Assembly: GCA_036719905.1 (NCBI GenBank)
Contig: DAIMNW010000001.1
Location: forward strand, 1 to 36,105
Source: Chitinophagales bacterium
GTDB lineage: Bacteria; Bacteroidota; Bacteroidia; Chitinophagales; CAIODY01
Direction of reading: 5' to 3'
DNA length: 36,105 nucleotides
Made by a program: the position numbers and the translations under genes. The notes under the pieces were generated by a model. That model worked only from the letters and a program-made list of their open reading frames with translations, was not told the DNA's origin and did not search any database. The stretch's first letter is position 1. The number at the start of each line of letters is the position of its first letter. This document shows positions 26,088-35,592 of this stretch, one piece after another.

Positions 26088-28781
26088 ATGAAAAAGTTTC
26101 TCCTGATTGGTCTACTAATTATTCTTGGCTTAGTGGTTTCCGCTGTTGTATTGCCCTATATTTTTAAACATAAAATAGTTGCAAAAGCCAAACAGGCTAT
26201 CAATGAAAACCTGAATGCTACCGTTAATTTCGGCGATTTTGATATTAGCCTGTTCCGACATTTTCCCAAATTGACATTAAGTATTGACAACTTTCAGATT
26301 GTGGGCCAAAACGAATTTAAAGCAGATACTTTGGCCAGTATTAAACAGTTCGAAATAGCACTTAATATAATGAGTGTAATCAAGAACGAGCAAATTACCG
26401 TTAATTCCATCTACCTAAATCAACCAAGAATTAAGGCTAAAGTTTTGGCCAATGGCAAAGCGAATTGGGATATAATGAAGCCCGAGCCTGCCTCCTCGAG
26501 CAGTGATGCTAAAGCAAAGCCTTTCAAATTGAGCCTTTCGAAATATGAGATAATCGGTGGATATATCGTTTACGACGATAAAAGTTTGATGCAATCAGCC
26601 ACCTTAACCAATGTGCATCATATTGGTAGTGGCGATTTCACCAGCGAAATATTTAACCTGATTACATCTACCAGTATTGAACAATTGACCTACAATTACA
26701 ATGGCATTACTTATTTAAACAAGGTGAAAACAGACTATGATGCGGAATTTAGTATTGATGCAAAAAATAGTAAGTACACCTTTAAGGAAAACAAATTGAA
26801 GTTAAATGCTTTGTTGCTTTCTTTTCAAGGTTGGTTAGCCATGCCAAAAGATGACATTGATATGGATATTCAGTTCGCAACCAAAAGTACAGATTTTAAA
26901 GACTTATTTTCTCTCATTCCTGGTGCATACACCAAAGATTTTGCTGATGTTAAGACTGCCGGTTCAATTGCATTTAATGGTAATGTAAAAGGTATTTACA
27001 ATGATACCCGAATGCCTTCCTATAGCGTAAATTTGAAGGCTGATCATGCCATGGTTCAATACCCTTCCTTGCCAAAAGCTATTCAGAACATTAATTTGAA
27101 TATGACAGCTAGCTGCGCTGACGGCATTACGGACCATTTGTTAATAAGCATTCCTGCCTGCCATTTCGAAATGGATAAAGCACCTTTTGATTTTGAGCTT
27201 AAGCTGTCGCAACCTACCGCTGCTATGAACATTGATTTAAAAGCGAAAGGTAAATTAGACTTGGGCGAACTCAACAAAATGTTTCCCATGGAAGGCGTAA
27301 CCAAGTTGATGGGTATGCTGGATGCAGATTTGACTGCTAAGGGTAGTCTGGCTGAAGTTCAGAAAAAGAATTACGGTAATTTTGACGCACAGGGGAAGCT
27401 TTCACTGCAGAATATGGAGTATGCCAGTAAGGATTTTAATAAAGGCAGCAGTGTGAAAGAACTTGTCTTGAGTTTTAATCCTCGAAATGTAAAATTGGAA
27501 AAATGCGATGCTAGAGTAAGTAATACATCGCTGACTGCTTCAGGAACACTTGATAATTTATTTCATTATGTATTCAAGAACGAAATGCTTAAGGGGATAA
27601 TAAATGTGAAGGCTGATTATTTTAATGTGGATGAATGGATGACAAGCGATGCTTCAACCACCTCTACCACCTCCTCTAAGCCTGCAACATCCAACGATAT
27701 TTTTAAAGTTCCAGGCAATTTAGATTTTGAACTAACAACAGCAATCAACAAAGTAAAATATGATAAGATGGACATCACCAACCTGGCAGGTAACATTGTG
27801 GTACGCGATGAAAAAATGAGTATGAGGGGTGTTAGTATGAACATGTTGGAAGGAAAAATGGTGCTTGACGGGTCTTATTCTACTAAAAATACACAGCTAC
27901 CTGACATTGATCTTAAGTACAACATAACCGATTTCGATATCCAAAAATCATTTAAAACCTTTAATACGGTTCAAAAAATTGCGCCCATTGCGGAATATAC
28001 CCGGGGCAAATTTTCTACTAACCTAACTATGACTGGAAAAATGCTAGCCGATATGACACCTGATTTAAACACCATTAATGGTGATGGGTACTTTACCATT
28101 TTTAATGGTGTGATAAGTAATTTCAAACCTATACAAAAGATAGTAGAAGTGTTGCAAATGAGCCAATATGCCGAGTTTCCAATTCACGATATAAAAACCT
28201 GGTTCGAAATTAGAAACGGTAGGATAGAAGTGAAACCCTTCGATTTGAAAACAAAGGATATGGTGATGAATATTTCGGGCTTTCAATCGCTCGATCAGAA
28301 GATGGATTATACCATTAAAATGGATATGCCCCGAAAACTGCTAGGAGCAGCTGCCAATGCCACTATCGAACAGGCCTTAGCTGCTGCCAACGCAAAAGCA
28401 GGAACTAATGTAACAGCTAGCGAACGTATAAAGTTCGATGTAATGCTTGGTGGAAGCATAACAAATCCAACCGTAAAAACAGGTCTTAAAGATGCTTTAA
28501 AAGGAAAAGCCAATGAGTTGAAGGATAATCTTAAAGCAGAAGCCGAAGCCAAAGCGAAGGCCGAAATTGATAAACAAAAAGCAGATGCCGAAGCCAAGGC
28601 GAAAGCTGAGTTGGATAAACAAAAAGCGGATGCTGAAGCTAAGGCCAAGGCTGCGGCTGACAAAGCGAAAGCAGATGCCGAAGCCAAAGCGAAAGCCGAA
28701 CTGGATAAGCAAAAGAAGGCTGCCGAAGATGCAGCGAAAAAGAAAGCCAAGGACGCACTCAATGGTTTGTTTAAGAAATAA
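26088..28781 (+). CDS. AsmA-family / AsmA-like C-terminal region protein with a Lys/Ala/Glu-rich tail
   Basis: About 897 aa. N-terminal membrane anchor MKKFLLIGLLIILGLVVSAVVLPYIF, then a long beta-rich body typical of AsmA-like proteins. C-terminal 15-aa repeats ADAEAKAKAELDKQK. Confidence 0.7.
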   Translation: MKKFLLIGLLIILGLVVSAVVLPYIFKHKIVAKAKQAINENLNATVNFGDFDISLFRHFPKLTLSIDNFQIVGQNEFKADTLASIKQFEIALNIMSVIKNEQITVNSIYLNQPRIKAKVLANGKANWDIMKPEPASSSSDAKAKPFKLSLSKYEIIGGYIVYDDKSLMQSATLTNVHHIGSGDFTSEIFNLITSTSIEQLTYNYNGITYLNKVKTDYDAEFSIDAKNSKYTFKENKLKLNALLLSFQGWLAMPKDDIDMDIQFATKSTDFKDLFSLIPGAYTKDFADVKTAGSIAFNGNVKGIYNDTRMPSYSVNLKADHAMVQYPSLPKAIQNINLNMTASCADGITDHLLISIPACHFEMDKAPFDFELKLSQPTAAMNIDLKAKGKLDLGELNKMFPMEGVTKLMGMLDADLTAKGSLAEVQKKNYGNFDAQGKLSLQNMEYASKDFNKGSSVKELVLSFNPRNVKLEKCDARVSNTSLTASGTLDNLFHYVFKNEMLKGIINVKADYFNVDEWMTSDASTTSTTSSKPATSNDIFKVPGNLDFELTTAINKVKYDKMDITNLAGNIVVRDEKMSMRGVSMNMLEGKMVLDGSYSTKNTQLPDIDLKYNITDFDIQKSFKTFNTVQKIAPIAEYTRGKFSTNLTMTGKMLADMTPDLNTINGDGYFTIFNGVISNFKPIQKIVEVLQMSQYAEFPIHDIKTWFEIRNGRIEVKPFDLKTKDMVMNISGFQSLDQKMDYTIKMDMPRKLLGAAANATIEQALAAANAKAGTNVTASERIKFDVMLGGSITNPTVKTGLKDALKGKANELKDNLKAEAEAKAKAEIDKQKADAEAKAKAELDKQKADAEAKAKAAADKAKADAEAKAKAELDKQKKAAEDAAKKKAKDALNGLFKK
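28536..28715 (+). repeat. Four tandem 45-bp (15-codon) in-frame repeats inside the AsmA-like gene
   Basis: Units begin at 28536, 28581, 28626 and 28671. They encode AEAEAKAKAEIDKQK / ADAEAKAKAELDKQK / ADAEAKAKAAADKAK / ADAEAKAKAELDKQK. Confidence 0.85.
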
Positions 28782-28799
28782 TTAATGCAACACTGATCA

Positions 28800-30179
28800 A
28801 TGAAAATCTATCTATTACTATTTGTTTGTGTTTATCTCACTTCTTGTAAACCATCCTTAGAGATACCACAACCATCGAAGGGGAATTGTAATCTTAATAA
28901 TGTAATGATAATTGGTGGTTCCTACTTAGCTGGACTACAAAATGGAGCATTGAGCAACGAACATCAACAAAGTTCCATATCAGCGCTTATTATCAACCAG
29001 ATGAAAATGGCTACCCCGGTAGCAATTAAATTTCCTTTGCTTCCACCTTCACTTACCCTAGGTTTAGCTAACAATGGTTTAGAATGGAGCACGGAAATGA
29101 AATTAGAGTTTAGCAAAAGGTCTTGTGACACCGTTAATAACTACATTGTGCAAAGTGATTTATTGGGTAACCTAGTTCAAATTCCTAATTCTGAAATCGA
29201 ATTCTATGACCGTTCTAAGATTGCCTCTGCACAAGAGTTAAACCTAAGTTTCCCATATTGCACTTCCCGATACTTTATTCAAAATCAGAATGAAATTAAT
29301 CCGGGAGTTGGGAATCCTTTCTTTAGCTGTTTTGTTTCTGACCCAAGTTATGGTCCGCTCACTTTTTTAAAGAAGGTGGCAGCCCCATCATTCAGTATAA
29401 TATCATTTGGGATGGACGACATATTGAATGCAGCCACAAGCGGTATGGCTTACAATAATCAGTCAAAATTTAGTTTGCCATCTGCAGATTCTTTCGAAAT
29501 GTTTTTAGACTTGCTGCTTAAATCAAGCCTTCGATCATCAAAGCAAGGAGTTATAGCTACCATCCCTAGCATCGATTATTTTCCTGTGTTCAATCTAATT
29601 CCTCCGCAAGGTGTTGTGCTCACAGCCCAAAAGGCTACTGACCTAAATAATCTATACGGTAATACAGCAGCGCTTCATTTTACCGAAGGGGCCAATGGGT
29701 TTATAGCAGAGAGTGAAACAGGCACTTTAACTTCCCTTTATCCTAAAAAGATTAAAGTACTCGAAGCAAATGAAAGGGTGCTGTTAACTGTGCCCATCGA
29801 TTCACTTAAATGTTACGGTTTAGGGGTAATAAAGCCAATACAGGATAAATACATATTAGATAATTCAGAGATAAGCGAAATTAAAACTAAGCTAATGCAA
29901 TACAATCAAATTATTACAAGCAAAGCCAATGAGTATGGCTTGGCATTGGTCGATTTAGATAATTTGTTTGAAGAAATTAATACTGGAATCAAGCTAAGTG
30001 GAGCACCTGTTACTGGAGATTTTGTAAAGGGAGGCTTTTTCAGTCTCGATGGATTTACAACCACTAATAAAGGGAATGCTATTATTGCTAATGAATTTCT
30101 CAAAGCAATCAATTTGAAGTATCATTCAAGCTTTCCAACCCTAGATCCTAATGACTATTCAGGTGTGAAATTTCCTTAA
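28800..30179 (+). CDS. SGNH/GDSL-hydrolase-like lipoprotein with degenerate catalytic residues
   Basis: 459 aa. Lipobox YLTSC. Block I-like IIGGSYLAG, block III-like FGMDDILN, block V-like FFSLDGFTTTNKGNAIIANEFLKAIN (Thr where the catalytic His is expected). Confidence 0.55.
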   Translation: MKIYLLLFVCVYLTSCKPSLEIPQPSKGNCNLNNVMIIGGSYLAGLQNGALSNEHQQSSISALIINQMKMATPVAIKFPLLPPSLTLGLANNGLEWSTEMKLEFSKRSCDTVNNYIVQSDLLGNLVQIPNSEIEFYDRSKIASAQELNLSFPYCTSRYFIQNQNEINPGVGNPFFSCFVSDPSYGPLTFLKKVAAPSFSIISFGMDDILNAATSGMAYNNQSKFSLPSADSFEMFLDLLLKSSLRSSKQGVIATIPSIDYFPVFNLIPPQGVVLTAQKATDLNNLYGNTAALHFTEGANGFIAESETGTLTSLYPKKIKVLEANERVLLTVPIDSLKCYGLGVIKPIQDKYILDNSEISEIKTKLMQYNQIITSKANEYGLALVDLDNLFEEINTGIKLSGAPVTGDFVKGGFFSLDGFTTTNKGNAIIANEFLKAINLKYHSSFPTLDPNDYSGVKFP

Positions 30180-31318
30180 TTTCTAGTATCAAAGATAAGT
30201 TGGACTAATTTTTCAGCATTTTTTCGATTACCAAATTCTTGTTCCAAAACTTCTCTTCGTTTCGAGATATCAGCATCACCGAAAGTCAGATTAAATAAGG
30301 ATTCAATTTTTACTGCAAATTCCTGAACACTATTGGCAATGCTGCAAAGTCTATCCAATTGGATACCGTGCAGCATAGTGTCATTCACCAAACAAAACCT
30401 ACCCTTATACAGGGCATTAATCAATTTTAATTTTAAGCCGGTTGATTGTTCAGTGTACAGTAGGTTAATGTGGGCATTGCTTAACAGGTCATCCATTGCA
30501 GTTGCACTAGGATTGGCCACTAACTGAACGTTTGATTGCGACTTTACCATACTTTTTAACTCATTATCAGGATTCATACCGGCAATAATAATTTTCCGAT
30601 TTGTTAGTTTCGCTAATTCTTTAACAATAAATTTTGCAGCAGTCTTGTTTTCTCTAACACTTAGATTGCCATGGTATAAAATATAATTACCAGTTCCGGG
30701 TTTACAATCTACTGTGTCATGTGAATGAAAAGAGTGTAGTACCTCAGCTGGAGTGTTATAAAGATTATTAAAGTATTTTTTGTCAGCTTCTGTTACCGTT
30801 AAAATTTGTGTTGCATGTTTAATAACAGGTTCAAAGTTTTTGAGACGTTTAGATTCTAACCAAAGGTATAAACGATGAAAAATATCTGATTCATTTTTAA
30901 TCAAAGATTGATAGTATTCATGTTCAATATTACTTTCCCTAAAATATTTTTTTCTATCACTTAGGTTCTCGTTCGGTAAATAGTAACAACTATGCAACCC
31001 CTCCAGTAAAATGGGGTGATTGTCAAGAGTAAGTCGATGTAACAAAGCCGGGTGGCGTCTAGAATAGACGATGTAGGGCAGTAAAGAAGCTTGAGCAAAT
31101 AAACCAATGTCACGGGCGTAATAATGTACACTTTCACAATACTGATTTAACTCAGGGGCAGGTGGACGACCGTACCGAAAACAATGGAGATGTACCTTAA
31201 CACCCAACTTGTGCAACCACCTTAGTTTATGGAAGACGTCAATCACACCGCCATAATTTGCAGGGTAGGGAACATTGAAAGAAACAATATGGAGATGTTT
31301 CTCTTGCATTGGGAGCAT
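30176..31318 (-). CDS. Glycosyltransferase (GT-B fold, group 1/GT4-like)
   Basis: 380 aa. HIVSFNVPYPANYGGVIDVF at the N-terminus, YHGNLSVRENKTAAKFIV, and C-terminal TEQSTGLKLKLINALYKG in place of the E-x7-E region. The stop overlaps the convergent gene's stop (TTAA). Confidence 0.6.
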   Translation of the reverse strand: MLPMQEKHLHIVSFNVPYPANYGGVIDVFHKLRWLHKLGVKVHLHCFRYGRPPAPELNQYCESVHYYARDIGLFAQASLLPYIVYSRRHPALLHRLTLDNHPILLEGLHSCYYLPNENLSDRKKYFRESNIEHEYYQSLIKNESDIFHRLYLWLESKRLKNFEPVIKHATQILTVTEADKKYFNNLYNTPAEVLHSFHSHDTVDCKPGTGNYILYHGNLSVRENKTAAKFIVKELAKLTNRKIIIAGMNPDNELKSMVKSQSNVQLVANPSATAMDDLLSNAHINLLYTEQSTGLKLKLINALYKGRFCLVNDTMLHGIQLDRLCSIANSVQEFAVKIESLFNLTFGDADISKRREVLEQEFGNRKNAEKLVQLIFDTRN

Positions 31319-31404
31319 TAAAATTACATGATTTATTTCCGAATAGCAAGATAAAAGAAAGACCCTGATGGATTCAATACGTCAATCCCGAACAAGAGAA
31401 AGAA

Positions 31405-32979
31405 TTATTTTAAACCGGCCAATACATCTTTAGCCTGTTTATTCTCTGGGTCGATTTGCAATACTTTCTCGAAATTACTTCGTGTGCCATCATTATCCTT
31501 TTGCAAAAAGGCATAGTATCCCAAGTAGGAATAAGCCTGTACAATATTGACTTTGTTTTTGGGGTCGTCTATCTTAACGGTCTCTAAGTATTTCTCGTAA
31601 TACGGCTTAGCCAGCCCTTGTGTTGATTCCGGATCCAACTGAGCATTACATTGCGCTCGTCCTATCCAACCGCTAGCTGATGCTGGAGCTAGTCGGGTAA
31701 TCACCGCATTAGCAGAATCGGCTTTTACCCAATCTTTTTGAACATAATAGCTTCTGGCAGCCATGAAATAACTATTTACATCAAGGGGGTAGTTTTTGCT
31801 TTTGAAGTCCTCAAAATCATGTATTACATCAGCGTACTTTTTCATTTTATACTGCATAGTCAGTATGTCTTTGCTAAAGTCAGTATTGTTAGGATCCAAT
31901 TCAATGGCTTTCTTCATCATAACTATGCTCATCGAGTCCTTTCCATTTTTTTGAAGTAGTTTGGCGTAAGTAACATAGTCGCTAGGAATAATTTTTGAAG
32001 GCGGAGCAATAGTAAAAAAATGCTGCATCGCTAGTTCGCCTTCTTCATTTCGATTGAGCTCAGCGCAAGAATAGCATTTCAATCTGTACAAGAGATGATT
32101 ATCCGGATCCTGAGGTATAAGTTCGTTGATGCTGTTAACTGTGCTTTCAAAACTTTTACTCTTATATAGGTATTTCACGTTTCTTATTTTGGAATCTAGG
32201 TTCTGATCAGCGTACTTCATGTATTCGGCATATTCGGTTTTTGCTTTGTCGAACTGTTTGGCCTCAAAGTATAATTCGGCTAGCTCACGATGAGCAGGGG
32301 GGTAAACCGGATCGAGGGCAATTATTTTGTTGAATTGATTGATGGCTTCAGTATAATTCTTAGCTCTTATGTAGAGCTCACCTTGTTTTAAAATAGCGCT
32401 CTTATTGTTCTTGTCATTGTCTACTGCATATTCAAAGTTACTCATAGCAGGGCCACCTTCATTTTTGGCAAGATAGGCATCACCTAGAGCCTCATATGCC
32501 TTGCTGTATTTTTTGTTGGCAGCAATGGCCTTGCTGGCATAATCAATAGCCTGATCCGGCTCACTATACTTGTCAGATTGAAGGTAAGCCTGAGAAATTA
32601 ATGTTGGTATGAGAGGGTCTTTGGTTGATGCTATATTCATAGCCTTGTCGAATTGTTTAATGGCATCGCTTTTATGGCCTTCGTTCAGCAGTGTTTTTCC
32701 ATAGCCTATGTAATTCTGAGCCAATTTTCCATTTACTTCAATTCCTTTTTGGTAGGCCAGTTTGGCCGAATCAAATTTTTCAGAGGCATATAGGGCCTCT
32801 CCCCAATTATACCATTTTAGAGCATCGGCCGGATTGGCTTTAACCAGCCCGAAAAAAATATTTTTTGCTGTTTCATAATTCTCGTTTTCCATTGCCTTTA
32901 TTCCTTCTGAGTCGGTTTGGCAATAAGCCGTCGTGGTCATACAAAGTAGGGATACAACAAATGCAAATTTTATTTTCAT
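31405..32979 (-). CDS. Secreted tetratricopeptide-repeat (TPR) protein
   Basis: 524 aa with a signal peptide. Many 34-aa A/Y/L-patterned repeats (for example AKLAYQKGIEVNGKLAQNYIGYGKTL, AINQFNKIIALDPVYPPAHRELAELY). Confidence 0.75.
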   Translation of the reverse strand: MKIKFAFVVSLLCMTTTAYCQTDSEGIKAMENENYETAKNIFFGLVKANPADALKWYNWGEALYASEKFDSAKLAYQKGIEVNGKLAQNYIGYGKTLLNEGHKSDAIKQFDKAMNIASTKDPLIPTLISQAYLQSDKYSEPDQAIDYASKAIAANKKYSKAYEALGDAYLAKNEGGPAMSNFEYAVDNDKNNKSAILKQGELYIRAKNYTEAINQFNKIIALDPVYPPAHRELAELYFEAKQFDKAKTEYAEYMKYADQNLDSKIRNVKYLYKSKSFESTVNSINELIPQDPDNHLLYRLKCYSCAELNRNEEGELAMQHFFTIAPPSKIIPSDYVTYAKLLQKNGKDSMSIVMMKKAIELDPNNTDFSKDILTMQYKMKKYADVIHDFEDFKSKNYPLDVNSYFMAARSYYVQKDWVKADSANAVITRLAPASASGWIGRAQCNAQLDPESTQGLAKPYYEKYLETVKIDDPKNKVNIVQAYSYLGYYAFLQKDNDGTRSNFEKVLQIDPENKQAKDVLAGLK

Positions 32980-33026
32980 GATTCTATATTTTCTTTGGTG
33001 AATGATGTAACGTGAGACTGATAGTT

Positions 33027-33983
33027 TTATTCGGTGGGGTTTGACTTTTTAAGCTGTACAATTCTGAGAGGCATTGTAGCCGGCACCAAACCACTTTTTA
33101 AAAATATCCTTTGTCCACGGTCACTAGCAATAAAGGATACAAAGCCAGTGCCAAGTCCTGATCTTGACTCTCTGTTAACACAATAAATGGTTCGGCACAA
33201 TGGGTAGTAGCCCATCTGTATATAGGCCTGATAAGGCTGAGGGTATTCTACTTCATCATTAAGTTTTGCATCATCCTTTATACCGAGAACAGTAAATTTC
33301 TTATTAAAAAGCAAGTTGGTGGTGTCTTCCTTATCCTTAGCCCAATTCACTCCAATTATTCCAATCGCATTTTTATTCTTGATAATGTATTCTATTACAT
33401 CGGCATTTGTACTAGCCGCAAAAACTTGTGATGATAAGGTATCAGTTACTAGCACTGCCTCACGAATGTAACGCAAACTACTACCTGCCTTGTTATCGAA
33501 CACAATGGTGATTTTGCCTCCCTTAAAATTTGCATCTAGCTTTTCCCAGTTATCCAGTTTGCCTGATAAAATATTTCTGAGCTGATACATAGAGAGCACC
33601 GTATCAGGATTTTCAATATTGGTAATAAATGCAATGGCATCTTTGGCCACAGGCGTAGCTACTGGAAAGTACTTTAACTTAGAAAGAAAGTCCTTTTCGT
33701 TGGTTTGCAATTCACGAGCCGTGATGATTACTTTTGATGTATCATTGAGTAAGTCCTTAATACAATCGGCCTCTGGCTTATACAAGATGCGTACATGAGC
33801 TTGTCTATATAGTGCCTGAAAAACTTTTAATTGAGAATCAATAATAGGCCTTAAAGTTTCATCAGCAGTGATTGTAACTTCACCACTTGTTGGAGTATCG
33901 GTATACTTACCGGTGCTACCGCAGGAATAAAAAAACGGTAACGCTACCACCAACATTAAACTAAGTCGAATAATATATTTCAT
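33027..33983 (-). CDS. PstS-family (PBP-like) substrate-binding lipoprotein
   Basis: 318 aa. Lipobox FFYSCGS. Periplasmic-binding-protein-like blocks VTITADETLRPII, AIAFITN, GSSLRYIRE, AIGIIGVNW. It is followed by the TPR protein, as in many Bacteroidota. Confidence 0.6.
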   Translation of the reverse strand: MKYIIRLSLMLVVALPFFYSCGSTGKYTDTPTSGEVTITADETLRPIIDSQLKVFQALYRQAHVRILYKPEADCIKDLLNDTSKVIITARELQTNEKDFLSKLKYFPVATPVAKDAIAFITNIENPDTVLSMYQLRNILSGKLDNWEKLDANFKGGKITIVFDNKAGSSLRYIREAVLVTDTLSSQVFAASTNADVIEYIIKNKNAIGIIGVNWAKDKEDTTNLLFNKKFTVLGIKDDAKLNDEVEYPQPYQAYIQMGYYPLCRTIYCVNRESRSGLGTGFVSFIASDRGQRIFLKSGLVPATMPLRIVQLKKSNPTE

Positions 33984-33986
33984 GTA

Positions 33987-34181
33987 CTAAGAGTTACGCA
34001 TTTTTATTGAGCGCCATATTCTGAAAATTCCATAGGCAATCATCAAGCACGAAAAAACATAAGTTTTCGTGTCACCTAGTACTGCCTTGATTCTTTGGTC
34101 AAAGGCAATAATATAAATGGCCAGTACAATGAAAATAATACCGGCGCTAAGCTGGTAAATAAAAAAGGCTTTATTGTTCAT
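33987..34181 (-). CDS. Small two-helix membrane protein
   Basis: 64 aa with two hydrophobic helices (FFIYQLSAGIIFIVLAIYIIAF and YVFSCLMIAYGIFRIW). The stop is 3 nt before the PstS-like start, which suggests an operon. No family recognised. Confidence 0.45.
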   Translation of the reverse strand: MNNKAFFIYQLSAGIIFIVLAIYIIAFDQRIKAVLGDTKTYVFSCLMIAYGIFRIWRSIKMRNS

Positions 34182-34301
34182 AACAAGAAGATGCTAGTAT
34201 TCAGGTTTTCCACAAAGGAATAAAGGGCAAATGTAAAAATGAAAAGCTATTTTTATCGAGTTATTATTGACCTTTAGGGCGTATTAATGAATTCTTAACC
34301 A

Positions 34302-35582
34302 ATGAATTATTTAGACGAATTAAAATGGAGGGGAATGCTGCATCAGTTTACCCCGGGCGCTGTTAAGCAATTATCAGAAGTTAATGTGAAAGGCTATTGC
34401 GGTTTTGATCCAACAGCCGTTTCATTAACCATTGGCAACTTTGTGCCCATCATGATGCTAATGCGATTTCAACGTATGGGACATAGCCCAATAGCTTTAG
34501 TTGGAGGTGCTACCGGTTTAATCGGCGATCCTTCTGGCAAATCTTCTGAACGAAAACTTCTTGATGCGGAAACGCTGGAACAAAATGTGTTACGTGTAAA
34601 ACAACAATTGTCAAAATATCTTGATTTTGATAAAGGAAGCCATCAAGCTGAACTGGTGAACAACTATGACTGGTATCGAGACATGAGTGTGTTTACCTTT
34701 TTACGGGATATTGGTAAACATCTAACGGTGAACTACATGCTTTCGAAAGATTCTGTGCAATCTCGATTAGAAACGGGTATTTCCTTTACTGAGTTTTCCT
34801 ACCAGCTTATTCAAGGATACGATTTCTATTGGCTATGGAAAAACAAAAAATGTAAGGTTCAATTGGCCGGTAGCGATCAGTGGGGCAATATGACTGCCGG
34901 TATAGAATTAATCAGAAGAATGGATGGAGGAGAAGCCGAAGCTGTTACGTGTCCATTAGTTACGAAGGCTGATGGTACTAAATTTGGTAAAACAGAGAGT
35001 GGGGCAATATGGCTTGATCCAGCTCTCACTTCTCCATATCAATTTTATCAATATTGGATTAATGCCAGCGATCAGGATGCTAAGAAGTATATCCGCTTTT
35101 TTACGTTTTTAGATGAAAAGACAATTACAGAATTAGAGGCTGCCCATGATAAACAACCTCATCTTCGTGAGTTGCAGCACACATTAGCCAAAGAAATGAC
35201 TATGATCGTACATTCAGCAGATGCTCTTCAATTGGCTCAGAAAACTTCTGAAATCTTATTTGGAAATGCTTCCAAAGAGACGCTGCTTTCGTTAAGGGCT
35301 CAAGATTGGTCACAGGTTTTTAATGGTGTTCCTGTTTTTGAAGTTTCCAAAGCATTGTTTTCAAATCCGATCAACGTAATTTCACTCTTGTCAGAACACA
35401 CCGCTATTTTCCCTTCAAAGGGCGAAGCAAAGAAGACCTTACAAGGGGGAGGGATTTTTATTAATAAAGAAAAAATTGAAACTATTGATCATTCAATATT
35501 GCAGAATGATTTAATAGACAACCAATATTTAGTCATACAAAAAGGGCGAAAAAATTATTTTCTGGTTATGGCAAAGCCATAG
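34302..35582 (+). CDS. tyrS: Tyrosine--tRNA ligase (bacterial type with C-terminal S4-like domain); non-canonical HIGH motif
   Basis: 426 aa. GFDPTAVSLTIGN, ALVGGATGLIGDPSGKSSERKLL, QLAGSDQWGN, KMSKS-equivalent KFGKTESG, and a C-terminal S4-like segment. Confidence 0.9.
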   Translation: MNYLDELKWRGMLHQFTPGAVKQLSEVNVKGYCGFDPTAVSLTIGNFVPIMMLMRFQRMGHSPIALVGGATGLIGDPSGKSSERKLLDAETLEQNVLRVKQQLSKYLDFDKGSHQAELVNNYDWYRDMSVFTFLRDIGKHLTVNYMLSKDSVQSRLETGISFTEFSYQLIQGYDFYWLWKNKKCKVQLAGSDQWGNMTAGIELIRRMDGGEAEAVTCPLVTKADGTKFGKTESGAIWLDPALTSPYQFYQYWINASDQDAKKYIRFFTFLDEKTITELEAAHDKQPHLRELQHTLAKEMTMIVHSADALQLAQKTSEILFGNASKETLLSLRAQDWSQVFNGVPVFEVSKALFSNPINVISLLSEHTAIFPSKGEAKKTLQGGGIFINKEKIETIDHSILQNDLIDNQYLVIQKGRKNYFLVMAKP

Positions 35583-35592
35583 CTTAACCAGA

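Noticed and set aside
28307-28785. Three ORFs overlapping the AsmA tail: 28307-28762 (-) Ala/Ser-rich 151 aa, 28497-28712 (-), and 28567-28785 (+).
   Set aside because: They are alternative-frame or antisense readings of the GCN/AAR-rich 45-bp tandem repeats. They are low-complexity and lie wholly inside a well-supported CDS.
31319-31335. The 11-mer AAATTACATGA is shared between the region upstream of the glycosyltransferase start and the palindrome upstream of the hybrid kinase (12392-12402).
   Set aside because: It is a single AT-rich 11-mer at very different distances from the two start codons. There is no second half-site at 31319-31404, so it is probably chance.
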